Positions 1-9,595 of a DNA stretch of 64,000 bases are shown here, piece after piece (positions within the stretch are counted from its first letter, which is position 1; the number at the start of each line of letters is the position of its first letter). Made by a program: the position numbers and the translations under genes. The notes below the pieces were generated by a model. It was not told the origin of the DNA and searched no databases. It saw only the letters and a program-made list of their open reading frames with translations. Location of the stretch: positions 68,785-132,784 of the forward strand of contig CAZNZF010000001.1 of NCBI GenBank assembly GCA_964577465.1, read 5' to 3'. Source of the DNA: an uncultured bacterium (GTDB lineage Bacteria; RBG-13-66-14).

Positions 1-12
1 AAAGAAAAAAAC

Positions 13-1047
13 TCAGGCTTCCCGGAGGGTCAGGGCCTCGTCCAGAAGGCGCCCGAACTCGGCCAGACTTGAGACCACGGCCATCCGACGGCGAAGCTCC
101 GCCGCCCCCTCCACCCCGCGCAGGTAGTGCAGGGCGAAGCGCCGCACCTTAAACATCGCCGACTTCTCACCGTAGAATCCGGCGAGCAGAAGACCGTGCC
201 TGCGCGTCCACTCGACCCGCCCCGGCCAGTCCGCCTCGGGCCGGACCTCCTCCCCCCTCAGCGCCTGCGCCATCCGCCGCGCCTGCCAGGGCTCGGCCGT
301 CAGCGCCCGCCCCACCATCACCGCGTGGCACCCCGTGGACTCCAGCATGTGAAGCGCGTCCTCGGGGGCCTTCACGTCGCCGTTGCCGATGACGGGACAG
401 CGCACCGAGCCCACGAGCTCGGCGATGGCCGACCAGTCGGAACGGCCGGAAAAACCGTCCTCCCGCGTGCGGGGGTGGAGCGTGAGGGCGGTGATTCCCA
501 TGCCGTCCAGCTCCGTCGCCAGGCGGAGAAAAATTCTCGGGTCGGAGGCGAATCCCAGGCGCAGCTTGGCGGTGACCGGAAGAGTCGTGGATTCCAGGGT
601 CGCCGACGCGATTTCCAGGGCCAGCGGTACGTCGCGCATGAGCGCCACCCCGTTCCCCGACCGCACGACCTTCTGCGCCGGACAGCCGTAGTTCAGGTCG
701 ACGGCGTCGTAGCCGCAGAGCTCGACGAACCGGGCGGCGTAGGCGAAGGCCTCGGGGTGGTGGCCGAAGAGCTGGCAGACCACCGGCACGCCCAGGTCGG
801 GGTACAGGCGGGGGAGGGGGCGGGGCGGGTCGTCCGGCCGTCCGGGCTCCGGGGTCAGCATGGCCCGGGTCTTGCGGCCGCCGCGCAGGAGCCCGTCGGC
901 GGTGGTCATCTCCGTCCAGAAGGCGGCGAGCCCCTCCCCGGCGAGGAGACGGTACCAGGGCACGTTGCTGGTGCCGGCCAGGGGGGCGGAGAGCAATCCT
1001 CCGGCGATGCGCTCCCGAAAATTTTTAGTGAGGTCCGGTCTGGACAT
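13..1047 (-). CDS. dus: tRNA-dihydrouridine synthase (Dus family, DusB-like)
   Basis: Translation contains VDLNYGCP and a TIM-barrel FMN-site pattern typical of Dus/NifR3. ATG at 1047 is preceded by GAAGG; the track start at 1065 is a TTG inside the palindromic repeat. Confidence 0.8.
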   Translation of the reverse strand: MSRPDLTKNFRERIAGGLLSAPLAGTSNVPWYRLLAGEGLAAFWTEMTTADGLLRGGRKTRAMLTPEPGRPDDPPRPLPRLYPDLGVPVVCQLFGHHPEAFAYAARFVELCGYDAVDLNYGCPAQKVVRSGNGVALMRDVPLALEIASATLESTTLPVTAKLRLGFASDPRIFLRLATELDGMGITALTLHPRTREDGFSGRSDWSAIAELVGSVRCPVIGNGDVKAPEDALHMLESTGCHAVMVGRALTAEPWQARRMAQALRGEEVRPEADWPGRVEWTRRHGLLLAGFYGEKSAMFKVRRFALHYLRGVEGAAELRRRMAVVSSLAEFGRLLDEALTLREA

Positions 1048-1060
1048 GGGCCTTCGTGGA

Positions 1061-1113
1061 GACAAGGGGTTAACCGAGCGCAGCGAGCTACACCCCCGGC
1101 GAAACCCCTTGCC
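1061..1113 (+). repeat. palindromic CAAGGGGTT...AACCCCTTG element with 33-nt AACCGAGCGCAGCGAGCTACACCCCCGGCGAAA insert
   Basis: GACAAGGGGTTAACCGAGCGCAGCGAGCTACACCCCCGGCGAAACCCCTTGCC lies just upstream of the dus start. Confidence 0.7.
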
Positions 1114-1169
1114 GATATGAGGGCAAGGTCCGGGCCCCTTGCCTGCTCAGCACACCGGAATGAATCCGC

Positions 1170-2300
1170 CTACCCGCCGACGAGCCACCGGATTATCCGC
1201 CCGAGGAGCGCCAGCGCCTCGGTCTCGGAGGAGATGTTCTCCCAGGCGAAGGAGAGGAAGACCGAGCGGTGGTTCCCGCTTTCGGAGGCCACGGCGCAGA
1301 CGTCGCCGCGGCTGCGGTTGGTGAACAGGACCTGCGCCCCGGCGGAGGCGGTGAAGCCGTCGCTCCAGTTCCCCACAATTTGCCTGTCGCCGAAGAGGGA
1401 CAGGGAGAGCCCGGCGCTCAGCGCCCCTTCCGGCTCGGCGATGGCCACGATGGTCTTGGCGTCGGCGCGCCAGTCCTTGATACCCAGCGCCTCCTCCAGG
1501 GAGCCCGGCGAGGCCGCCCCGCTCCGGGAAACCTGGCCCAGGTAGTTCTGGCTCACGAGGAGGAGCCGGCCGCCGTCGTCCAGATACCTCCGCAGCGCCC
1601 GCCGGTCGCTCTCGCTCAGGCAGACCTTCAGGGCGTCCAGCCCGGTGAAGTAGATGACCAGCCGGTAAGGCTCCAACTCGGCGTAGGTCGGGCCGCTGGC
1701 GTTGTGGGTCACCACCCGGATGTCGTAGTCCACCCCGAGCTTGTCCAGCGCCGCGGTGTACCGCTCGTGGACATCCACCCCGTAAGGGTTGCCGTTGTTC
1801 ACGCCGTCGTCGTCGTCCACCAGGAGCACCGGCCCGATGTCCAGCCCCGTGAGGTCCGGCGGACCCTCGACCTCGACGGTCTCGACAAAGACCGGCGTCT
1901 CGACCGGCTCGGCCCTGGCGGAAATTTCCAGCACGGCCCGGAGCGGGTCGCGGGCCAGGTAGGCCCTGTACGCCCCGGCGTCGGCCGCGGGATAGACCAG
2001 GAAGACGACGTCCGCGCCGGATTGGTAAAAATTCCCCCCGGTGACGTGCCCCACGGGACCGCCCAGCCGTCCCCCGCTGTCGAGGTGCGCCCCGCGTACG
2101 ATGAGCCCCAGGCTGGCCTCCCCGGCGGTCAGCGAATCGGACACCTGCACGGTGCACTCGGAGTCCAGGTAGAGCACGACGAAGGTCACGTCCTGTTGGG
2201 CGTAGCACCGGACGTTGGTCACGCGCGCCCCGAAAGCCGCGGCCGTCAGCGCGAGAAGGATGAAAAACGCTCTTTTCACCGGCCCCCCTTTTACCGCCAT
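1170..2300 (-). CDS. hypothetical secreted protein (signal peptide, no recognised catalytic motif)
   Basis: The N-terminus MAVKGGPVKRAFFILLALTAAAFG is a signal peptide. It is a long ORF with GC-consistent codon usage; the C-terminal half has an alpha/beta-like pattern (LLVDDDDG...YDIRVV...) that I cannot assign. Confidence 0.5.
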   Translation of the reverse strand: MAVKGGPVKRAFFILLALTAAAFGARVTNVRCYAQQDVTFVVLYLDSECTVQVSDSLTAGEASLGLIVRGAHLDSGGRLGGPVGHVTGGNFYQSGADVVFLVYPAADAGAYRAYLARDPLRAVLEISARAEPVETPVFVETVEVEGPPDLTGLDIGPVLLVDDDDGVNNGNPYGVDVHERYTAALDKLGVDYDIRVVTHNASGPTYAELEPYRLVIYFTGLDALKVCLSESDRRALRRYLDDGGRLLLVSQNYLGQVSRSGAASPGSLEEALGIKDWRADAKTIVAIAEPEGALSAGLSLSLFGDRQIVGNWSDGFTASAGAQVLFTNRSRGDVCAVASESGNHRSVFLSFAWENISSETEALALLGRIIRWLVGG

Positions 2301-2314
2301 TCTACCAAAAAGGA

Positions 2315-2338
2315 GACAAGGGGTTTAAACCCCTTGTC
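2315..2338. repeat. palindromic element GACAAGGGGTTTAAACCCCTTGTC
   Basis: Perfect palindrome between the recG stop and the upstream gene start; probably a terminator. Confidence 0.65.
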
Positions 2339-2368
2339 CTTCATTAGTAGCGGCTGAATTGCCCCCGC

Positions 2369-4840
2369 CTACGCCACGACCCCCAGGTCGCCGGGGCCGT
2401 AAACCGATTCCAGGCGCTGCCTGAGCCGGGGATGCGCCTCCAGATTCGGATCGGCTTCGAGCAGGCGGTGGGCCGCCTCCCGGGCCTCCTCGAGCAGCCT
2501 CCGGTCGGTGACCAGCGTGGCCAGGGCCGTATCGGGCAGGCCGTGCTGCCGCGTTCCGAGGAGCTCGCCGGGTCCGCGCAGCTCGAGGTCCAGCTCGGCC
2601 AGGCGGAAGCCGTCGTCGGTCTCGGTCATCGCCCGCAGGCGCATCTTGGCCGTATCCGTCAGCCCCCGCCGCGAGAGGAGGTAACAACGGGCGGCGTGCG
2701 GGCTCCGGGCCACCCGACCCCGAAGCTGGTGCAGCTGCGACAGGCCGAACTGCTGGGCCTCCTCCACCACCATCACCGTGGCGTTGGGCACGTCTATCCC
2801 CACCTCCACCACCGTGGTGGCGACCAGGACGTCCAGCCCGCCGGCGGCGAAGGCGCGCATCGTCCGCTCCTTCTCGGTCGAATCCAGGCGGCCGTGGACC
2901 AGCCCGAGCCTCAACCCGGACAGGGGGCCTTCCCGAAGCTCGTCGTAGCGCACGGTGGCGGCGGCGAGGTCCTTTTTGCCGGGGGCATAGCTCGGATTGC
3001 TCGGTTCAGGGGATTCCTCCACCAGCGGGCAGACGACGAAGGCCTGACGCCCGTTCACGGCCTCCTCCCGGATGAAATCGAAGGCCTCCCGGGCGTGCCT
3101 CCCCGAAAGCCACCGGGTATCCACCGGGCGGCGGCCGGGCGGAAGCTCGTCGATGACCGAGGAGTCCAGGTCGCCGTATACGGTGAGCGCCAGGGAGCGG
3201 GGGATGGGCGTGGCGGTCATCACCAGGACGTTGGTCGAGGGCGGGCAGAGCCTGCCGCGCTGGGCCACGCCGAAGCGGTGCTGCTCGTCCACCACGGCCA
3301 GGCCCAGGCGGGGGAAAACGACCCCCTCCTGGATGAGCGCGGTGGTGCCGATGACCACGCCGGGCTCTCCGGCCGCTATCGCCTCGAGCGCCGGCCTCCG
3401 GTCGCGGTCCTTCACCCCGCCCGTGACGAGACGGCAGGGCACGCCGAGCGGATCGAGAACGCGGCGGAAGGTGCGGTGGTGCTGCCGGGCGAGCACCTCC
3501 GTGGGCGCCATCAGCACCGCCTGCCACCCGGCCTCCACCGCCAACAGCATCGCCAACAGGGCCACGACCGTCTTCCCCGACCCCACGTCGCCCTGGAGGA
3601 GACGGTTCATGGGCCTGGAGCGGGCCATGTCGTGACGTATGCGCTCCAGGACGCGCCTCTGCGCCCCGGTGAGCTCGAAGCCCAGCCGGTCGAGGGCGCG
3701 GCGGACCAGCTCGCCCCCGGCCTCTATTACGGCGCCTGAGGTTCCGTCAAGGCGCACCCGCTCGCGCAGGACCGCCAACTGCAGGAGGAACAGGCCGTCG
3801 AAGGCCAGGCGCCGCCGGGCCCGCACGGGGGCGTCGGGGTCGGGCGGGTAGTGGAGGTTCTCGAACGCCTCGGCCAGCCCCGGCAGCCCTAAGGACGCCG
3901 ACACTTCAGCGGGAATGTGATCCTTCAACTTCGGTAGATACCTATCCAGAACCCGGCGGACGAGCGTGCGGAGGTAGCGCTGACCGAGGCCCTCCTTCAG
4001 GCCGTAAACGGGTACGATGCCCCCGAAGGCCAGCGGGTCCTCGTCCGCGCCCAGAAATTCGAAATCGGGGTTGACCAGGGCGCCGCCGTCGCGGGGGTTG
4101 ACCTTGCCGAAGGCCACCAGGCGGCGGCCGGGCCGGAGCTTTTCCGCCAGGTACGCCGCGTTGAACCAGGTGAGGACGAGGCTCCCGCCCTCCCCGTTCA
4201 ACAGCGCACACAGGCGTGATTTCCGACCCCGGAAACCGCGGATGAGCTCCACGCTCTTCAACTCGCCCGCCACGGAAACCTCGTCACCCGCGCGGAGCCT
4301 GTCGAGTGGGACCAGACGGCGGTTCTGATAGGCGCGGGGCCCGCACGAGAGTAAATCGGCCACGGAGACGAGACCGAGCCTCTTCAGGCGCTCGTAGCGG
4401 GCGGGACCGACGCCCTTCTCGTAGAGGAGCGGACGCCGGGCCAGGTCGTCCACACCCCACCCGTCTTTCGGCAGCGGAGTCTCGGGCGGTTTTGCCTGGG
4501 GCATAGCTCGCGACGGCAAGCCGTACGCTCGGTTCGGGCACGCCTTTTGCTTGAGATATTCACGCCACTCCCGGGTGAATTTACGCAGGCGGTCCGCCCT
4601 TCGGTCGGCGGGCAGGGAGTCCAGACCGCGGACGAGCTCCCGGCAACGCCCCAGGGCGTCGGAATCGGATTCCAGCTCGTCCAGCCAGGCCAAGAGACGC
4701 GCCCCCAGCTCCGGCATCCGGTCGGCCAGGGCGTATCCGCTCCGCTCGAGGGTCTCCAACGGGCGGGCCATGCGACGGGCGACGCTTTCCAGTACGGTCT
4801 CCACGTACCCTAGTCTAACAACCCCGGCGCATCCCGACAA
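2369..4840 (-). CDS. recG: ATP-dependent DNA helicase RecG
   Basis: Wedge/N-terminal region (LLYEKGVGPARYERLKRLGLVSVADLL), Walker A GDVGSGKT, DEQHRFG, and C-terminal helicase motifs. The ORF carries a ~112 aa N-terminal extension; an alternative ATG at 4504 would give a canonical length. Confidence 0.85.
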   Translation of the reverse strand: MSGCAGVVRLGYVETVLESVARRMARPLETLERSGYALADRMPELGARLLAWLDELESDSDALGRCRELVRGLDSLPADRRADRLRKFTREWREYLKQKACPNRAYGLPSRAMPQAKPPETPLPKDGWGVDDLARRPLLYEKGVGPARYERLKRLGLVSVADLLSCGPRAYQNRRLVPLDRLRAGDEVSVAGELKSVELIRGFRGRKSRLCALLNGEGGSLVLTWFNAAYLAEKLRPGRRLVAFGKVNPRDGGALVNPDFEFLGADEDPLAFGGIVPVYGLKEGLGQRYLRTLVRRVLDRYLPKLKDHIPAEVSASLGLPGLAEAFENLHYPPDPDAPVRARRRLAFDGLFLLQLAVLRERVRLDGTSGAVIEAGGELVRRALDRLGFELTGAQRRVLERIRHDMARSRPMNRLLQGDVGSGKTVVALLAMLLAVEAGWQAVLMAPTEVLARQHHRTFRRVLDPLGVPCRLVTGGVKDRDRRPALEAIAAGEPGVVIGTTALIQEGVVFPRLGLAVVDEQHRFGVAQRGRLCPPSTNVLVMTATPIPRSLALTVYGDLDSSVIDELPPGRRPVDTRWLSGRHAREAFDFIREEAVNGRQAFVVCPLVEESPEPSNPSYAPGKKDLAAATVRYDELREGPLSGLRLGLVHGRLDSTEKERTMRAFAAGGLDVLVATTVVEVGIDVPNATVMVVEEAQQFGLSQLHQLRGRVARSPHAARCYLLSRRGLTDTAKMRLRAMTETDDGFRLAELDLELRGPGELLGTRQHGLPDTALATLVTDRRLLEEAREAAHRLLEADPNLEAHPRLRQRLESVYGPGDLGVVA

Positions 4841-4963
4841 GAAGGGGAGAAACCTCCGCGAAATTGACAGTCGGGATTTTTTCCGCTAGATTGTGTGTGG
4901 ATTGCTGTATTTTGCGACGTAAAGATTTTTGACGTTTTTTATTTCAGACAAAGGAGCCCGTCA

Positions 4964-7486
4964 ATGAAAAAGCTGCTGTCCGCCCTAATCCTCCTGACGC
5001 TCCCCCTGGCGGCGCTGGCCGGGTCCTGGACCGTCATGGTCTGGCTCAACAACCAGAACAGCCTTAAGACCTACGGCTGGGACGACGTCAACGAGATGGA
5101 GGACTGCAACTACAGCGCCTACCCCGACGGGGTGGACGTCATCGTCATGGTTGGATGGGACCCCGACAACCACACCAGGCTATTCCACATCCAGACCGAC
5201 CCCGGCGGTTACTCGGGGGGCGACTACGAGGACATCATCTCCACGGAGATCACGGGTCACGGCATCTGGTCCGGCGACGTGGCCGACATGAACGACCCCC
5301 AGATCTTCGAGAACTTCGTGGAGTGGGTCACCACCAATTATCCCGCCGATAACTTCCTCCTCGACGCCTGGGACCACGGCGGCGGCATCTTCCTGGAGGA
5401 CGAGACCCGGGACTGGATCGACCGCGGGATGTGCAGCGACCTGAAAATCTGGGAGATAGAGGATGCCCTGGAGAACGTCGGGGAGTTCATAGACGTCATC
5501 GGCTTCGACGTTTGCCTGGGCGGGCAGGTCGAGAACGGATACCAGTACCTCGACGACGCCGGCATCTGCATCTGCAGCGAGGAATCGGAACCCGGAGACG
5601 GATGGGATTACCAGGCGTTCAACATCTTCGAGGAGGATTCGAGCGTCACCCCGGAGGAGATTGCCGCCCGCATCGTAGACGATTACCTGGACTTCTACGG
5701 CTCCGGCGTGACCCAGGCCGCCCAGGACGTGAAGAGCTGGCCCGCCGCCATGAACCTGGATTGGGCGGACCTCTGCCAGTCGCTTTTCGACAACTGCTAC
5801 ACCTACAAGGACCGGATAGCCACCGCCCGGAACGCCGCCGACTACTGGAACACGCCGGACGACCGCGACCTGTACCAGTTCGTGGAGGCTCTGGCCGTCG
5901 ACGGCTCCCTGCCCGGCAACCTGCGCACCAAGGCCACGCAATTCACCAGCGACCTCGAGGGTTACATCCTGGCCGGCGGGATGCACAGCACCACCGACTC
6001 AGGCGGCGGGATGGCCATCTACTTCCCCACGAACGGCTCGGACCACCCGAACTGGACCACCTACACCACTCTCGTAAACTTCTCCGACACGCTGTGGGAC
6101 GAATTTTTAGAGATGTACGCCGACCCCTACCCCGTGCAGCCGGTGGCCATCGCCTTTGATTCCGTCGTTTACGACGATTCCGTGGGCGGCAACGGTGACG
6201 GCAAGCTCGACCCCGGCGAGACGGTCAACGCGACCGTGACCCTCAAAAACGACGGCCTAGAAACCGCGACCGGCGTCGCGGCCACCCTCGCCATCGGTGA
6301 CCCCTACTTCACCGTCATGGACGCGTCCGGCGACTTCGGCTCCATCCCCGCCGGCGGGACCGCCTCCGACACGTTCAGATTCAGCATCGGCAGCTTCTGC
6401 CCCGACCACTACCACACCTACGCCAACCTGACCGTTACCGCCGACGGCGACTACTCCACCGAGACCACCTTCGGCATCGTCGTCGGGGTGGGCTTCGAGG
6501 ACGACGTGGAGTCGGGCGGGGACCTCTGGACCCACGGTGGCACCGGCGACCAGTGGCACGTCTCCACCGAGGACGCCCACTCGCCCACCCACTCCTGGAA
6601 GTGCGGCGACACCGACTCCGGCACGTACAGCGGCAACCAGAATTCCTGGATCAAGACCTGCCCCATCTTCGTGGACGCCGATCACGACGAGCTGAGCTTT
6701 TATGTCAGGTACGAGCTGGAAGAGGACTACGACTTCGTTTACCTCGATGTCGCGGAGGGCGGGGGCGCCTGGGTCAAGAAGGACGTCTTCACCGGGACGA
6801 ACCTGGACTGGACCTTGAAGAGGTACGATTTATCCGCCTACACGGGCAACAACATCGAGGTGCGGTTCCGCTTCTCCTCCGACACCAACCTGTCCCTCGA
6901 GGGCTTCTACTTCGACGACATCAGCGTGGCCGAGCAGACCTCGGACATCGGCTCCGTGGCCTTCTCCGGCGAGGCCGTGGACGAGGGAATCCTGCTCTCC
7001 TGGAGGCCGGACAATCCCGCGGAAATTTCAGGGGTGAACGTACTGCGCGAGGAAAAAGACGGCTACGTCCGGCTGAACGAGATTCCAATGACCGGCGGAC
7101 GCTACCTGGACCTCGACGTTTCGCCCGGTTCGAGCCACCTGTACAAGCTGGAGGCGCTGGGCACCGACGGCTCCAGGAGCCTGTTCGGCCCCATCGAGGT
7201 GACCGGCCCGGACGCCGGGGCGCGGGTCACGAGACTGGAACAGTGCTACCCCTGCCCGGCCGGGACCTTCACCACTGTCCCCTTCACCCTGGCCGTCGAC
7301 GGAGCGGTGAGGATTGAGGTCTTCGACCTGGCCGGCCGCCTGGTCCGGACCGTCGCCCGCGGTGAATTCACGGCGGGCCGCCACGAGGTCTTCTGGATGA
7401 CCGACGGCGTCGCCAACGGCGTGTACCTCGTCCGCCTGACGGGCGGAGGGACGACGGCGACGCAGCGGCTGGTCGTATCGCGGTAG
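4964..7486 (+). CDS. secreted clostripain-family (C11) cysteine peptidase with T9SS-type C-terminal sorting domain
   Basis: AAGGAG RBS at 4951; signal peptide MKKLLSALILLTLPLAALA. C11 motifs WTVMVWLNNQN, LLDAWDHGGG (His) and IGFDVCLGG (Cys). The last ~80 aa (RIEVFDLAGRLVRTV...GVYLVRL...RLVVSR) match the Por/T9SS CTD pattern. Confidence 0.8.
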   Translation: MKKLLSALILLTLPLAALAGSWTVMVWLNNQNSLKTYGWDDVNEMEDCNYSAYPDGVDVIVMVGWDPDNHTRLFHIQTDPGGYSGGDYEDIISTEITGHGIWSGDVADMNDPQIFENFVEWVTTNYPADNFLLDAWDHGGGIFLEDETRDWIDRGMCSDLKIWEIEDALENVGEFIDVIGFDVCLGGQVENGYQYLDDAGICICSEESEPGDGWDYQAFNIFEEDSSVTPEEIAARIVDDYLDFYGSGVTQAAQDVKSWPAAMNLDWADLCQSLFDNCYTYKDRIATARNAADYWNTPDDRDLYQFVEALAVDGSLPGNLRTKATQFTSDLEGYILAGGMHSTTDSGGGMAIYFPTNGSDHPNWTTYTTLVNFSDTLWDEFLEMYADPYPVQPVAIAFDSVVYDDSVGGNGDGKLDPGETVNATVTLKNDGLETATGVAATLAIGDPYFTVMDASGDFGSIPAGGTASDTFRFSIGSFCPDHYHTYANLTVTADGDYSTETTFGIVVGVGFEDDVESGGDLWTHGGTGDQWHVSTEDAHSPTHSWKCGDTDSGTYSGNQNSWIKTCPIFVDADHDELSFYVRYELEEDYDFVYLDVAEGGGAWVKKDVFTGTNLDWTLKRYDLSAYTGNNIEVRFRFSSDTNLSLEGFYFDDISVAEQTSDIGSVAFSGEAVDEGILLSWRPDNPAEISGVNVLREEKDGYVRLNEIPMTGGRYLDLDVSPGSSHLYKLEALGTDGSRSLFGPIEVTGPDAGARVTRLEQCYPCPAGTFTTVPFTLAVDGAVRIEVFDLAGRLVRTVARGEFTAGRHEVFWMTDGVANGVYLVRLTGGGTTATQRLVVSR

Positions 7487-7505
7487 GCGAGCCACCGACG
7501 CTAAC

Positions 7506-7533
7506 GAGGGGGACCCGTGGGTCCCCCTTTTCG
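7506..7533 (+). terminator. rho-independent terminator after C11 peptidase gene
   Basis: GGGGGACCCGTGGGTCCCCC hairpin followed by TTTTCG. Confidence 0.6.
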
Positions 7534-7645
7534 TTGCGGCGGATTTTCCTCTACCGACGAATCCGGCGAATTGACACGACGGATGGGCCTTGGTAAGCTT
7601 GCGCCTCCCAAGGCCGAATACAAAAACAACATCCGGGGTGAAAAT

Positions 7646-8155
7646 ATGAAGGTCGCTCTCTTCGTGGACGGCGTTAACATGTTCTACGCCCAGAAGAAGC
7701 TGGGCTGGCACCTGGACTACAAACGCATCCTCCACTACTTCGTCCCCGACCCCGAGGACCTGTACAACGCCTTTTACTACACCGGGGTGCAGAATCCCAC
7801 CGAGGCCAAGGAGGAGAACTTCCTCAACGCCCTGACCATGATGGGTTACACCGTGCGGCGCAAGAAGGTGAAGGTCATCTTCGACCTGGACTCCGGGGAG
7901 GAAATCCGCAAGGCCAACCTGGACACCGAGATGGTCGTGGACATGTTCAACACGGTGGAGAACTACCAGCGCGCCATCATCTTTTCGGGCGACTCCGACT
8001 TCGAGCGGGCCCTGGAACTGATGCGCACGCGGGGCAAGGAGGTCATCGTCGTCTCGACCCGCGGGATGGTGGCCATCGAGCTCATAAACTCGGCGGACCG
8101 CTATTACGACCTGCAGTACCTGCGCGAGGATTTCGAGAAGCTGCCGGGCACATAG
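7646..8155 (+). CDS. NYN-domain (LabA/YacP-like) predicted RNase
   Basis: MKVALFVDGVNMFYAQKKLGW...IIFSGDSDFERALELMRTRGKEVIVVS is the PF01936 NYN pattern, including acidic catalytic positions. Confidence 0.7.
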   Translation: MKVALFVDGVNMFYAQKKLGWHLDYKRILHYFVPDPEDLYNAFYYTGVQNPTEAKEENFLNALTMMGYTVRRKKVKVIFDLDSGEEIRKANLDTEMVVDMFNTVENYQRAIIFSGDSDFERALELMRTRGKEVIVVSTRGMVAIELINSADRYYDLQYLREDFEKLPGT

Positions 8156-8255
8156 CGGAAACACGTAGGGCGGTAGCTCTGTATGCCGCCCGTTTTCGCA
8201 CCAGAGGGCGGGGTACGGAGCCCCCGCCCTACATTATCCCATCCCATCTTTGAGA

Positions 8256-8285
8256 GGGGAGGGCCCGGGGGCCCTCCTTTTTTTA
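8256..8285 (+). terminator. rho-independent terminator
   Basis: GGAGGGCCCGGGGGCCCTCC hairpin followed by a T7 tract. Confidence 0.6.
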
Positions 8286-8305
8286 CACCTAGTTATATGC
8301 CATTA

Positions 8306-8337
8306 AAAACAAGGGGTTTTAACCCCTTGTCTTTTTT
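8306..8337. repeat. palindromic element AAAAACAAGGGGTTTTAACCCCTTGTCTTTTTT (bidirectional terminator-like)
   Basis: Perfect inverted repeat CAAGGGGTT/AACCCCTTG flanked by A and T tracts, between convergent genes. The same palindrome recurs at 1061, 2315, 32405, 36528 and 43957. Confidence 0.7.
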
Positions 8338-8405
8338 ACTGACTCGTTAATACCTCAACATCATTTCCCACCAATACTGGACCGGCCCGCCGAGGTCGAG
8401 GATCG

Positions 8406-9500
8406 TCAACCCCCGACCGGCCCCTGCGCGGTCTCCGGCCCCACGACGGGCGGCCGCCCCGTGTACGGGTCCAGCCCCAGGTAGTCCAGCACCTCGCGCA
8501 GGGTGAAGGCGGGCAGGGCGCACCGGATTCTCGTGGTCGCCTTCCACTTGGGCCCCTCCTGGGTGCGGGCCGCGGCCAGCGCCTCCTCGATGAGCGCGCG
8601 CTCGCTCTCGGAGAGGCCCGCGAAGGGGTCGTCCAGGGTCTCCGCCTCCGGCTCCTCCCCGGCCAGGGACTCACCCTCCAGGCCGCGTTTCTCCTCCACC
8701 TGCGTCAGCTCCGTCCCCAGGATGTCGTAGGCGATGCGCTCGGCGAACTGCAGGTACTCGCCCAGCTTGACCTCGGACACCAGGGGGGCGTCCTCCAGGG
8801 GGGGTGGACCCAGCTCTATCCGCTCGTCGAGGAGCGCGGCCAGCTCACCCGGGGCGCGGCGCTCGGCCTCCATCTCCGCCGCCCCCACGTCGCGCTCGGC
8901 CGTCCGCGGGTCCTGGTAGGCCATCTCTTTTTCGAACTCCAGCACCCACTCCACGTCGTAGGAGCGGTCCAGCTCGCGGTCGAAGACGACGTCGATGGCG
9001 GCCAGGGAGTCGGAGCCGACCTCGGCGCAGTACCCGCGCAGCTTCACCGCCGTGGCGTACCGGAAGCCGTCCTCCATTACCAGGTTGCGGTCGAGCTGGT
9101 CCAGCACCATCTCGCCCAGCCTGTCTCCCTCAAAGACGTCACCCTTGGGGTACATGGCGACCAGCTCGTCGAGCACCCGGCAGGCGTCGGCGTGCTTCCC
9201 CTGGTCCAGCAGAAGGACGCTCCAGAGCAGGAGCAGGTCACCCTTCTGCTCCCCGTCGTTGTAGGTGTAGGCGAAGGTGACGAGGGTAAGGGCCCCCTGG
9301 AAGTCGCCCTCCCGGTAGGCATCCTCGGCCAGGCCCAGCAGGCGCTCCGCCTCGGCGTCGGAGAGGTTCCCGAAGAAGATGGTGGCGGTCACGTCCCCGT
9401 AAACGTCCACCGTTTTGACGTTCAACACAACGGCCAGCACCGCGGCCCCCACGGTGACGACCACCAGAATCACGATGACGATGGTGCGTTTTCCGGCCAT
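8406..9500 (-). CDS. hypothetical membrane-anchored protein with acidic C-terminal region
   Basis: N-terminal TM helix IVIVILVVVTVGAAVLAVVL. Long ORF with a TPR-like stretch; no recognised motif. Confidence 0.5.
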   Translation of the reverse strand: MAGKRTIVIVILVVVTVGAAVLAVVLNVKTVDVYGDVTATIFFGNLSDAEAERLLGLAEDAYREGDFQGALTLVTFAYTYNDGEQKGDLLLLWSVLLLDQGKHADACRVLDELVAMYPKGDVFEGDRLGEMVLDQLDRNLVMEDGFRYATAVKLRGYCAEVGSDSLAAIDVVFDRELDRSYDVEWVLEFEKEMAYQDPRTAERDVGAAEMEAERRAPGELAALLDERIELGPPPLEDAPLVSEVKLGEYLQFAERIAYDILGTELTQVEEKRGLEGESLAGEEPEAETLDDPFAGLSESERALIEEALAAARTQEGPKWKATTRIRCALPAFTLREVLDYLGLDPYTGRPPVVGPETAQGPVGG

Positions 9501-9595
9501 TTTACGCGCTCTTTGACCCGGTAGTGATGTCGTTGCATAATCTACCAGACTGGAGGGGGAGGGGTCAACTCGGAAAGGACCGGGAACGGACGCCG

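Noticed and set aside
127-1545. 472-aa plus-strand ORF antisense to dus and overlapping neighbours. Similar long ORFs occur at 1147-2208, 1269-2357, 2432-3739, 9542-11623, 12928-14847, 28402-30699, 34415-36532, 43793-45916 and 59757-61112.
   Set aside because: They are Arg/Gly/Pro-rich, low-complexity translations, each opposite a well-supported gene with clear motifs. Spurious long ORFs on the antisense strand and in alternative frames are expected at this GC content.
8336-8674. Small minus-strand ORFs (112 and 66 aa) overlapping the 3-prime end of the 8406-9500 gene.
   Set aside because: They are alternative-frame overlaps of a longer, better-supported ORF and are Arg/Pro/Gly-rich.
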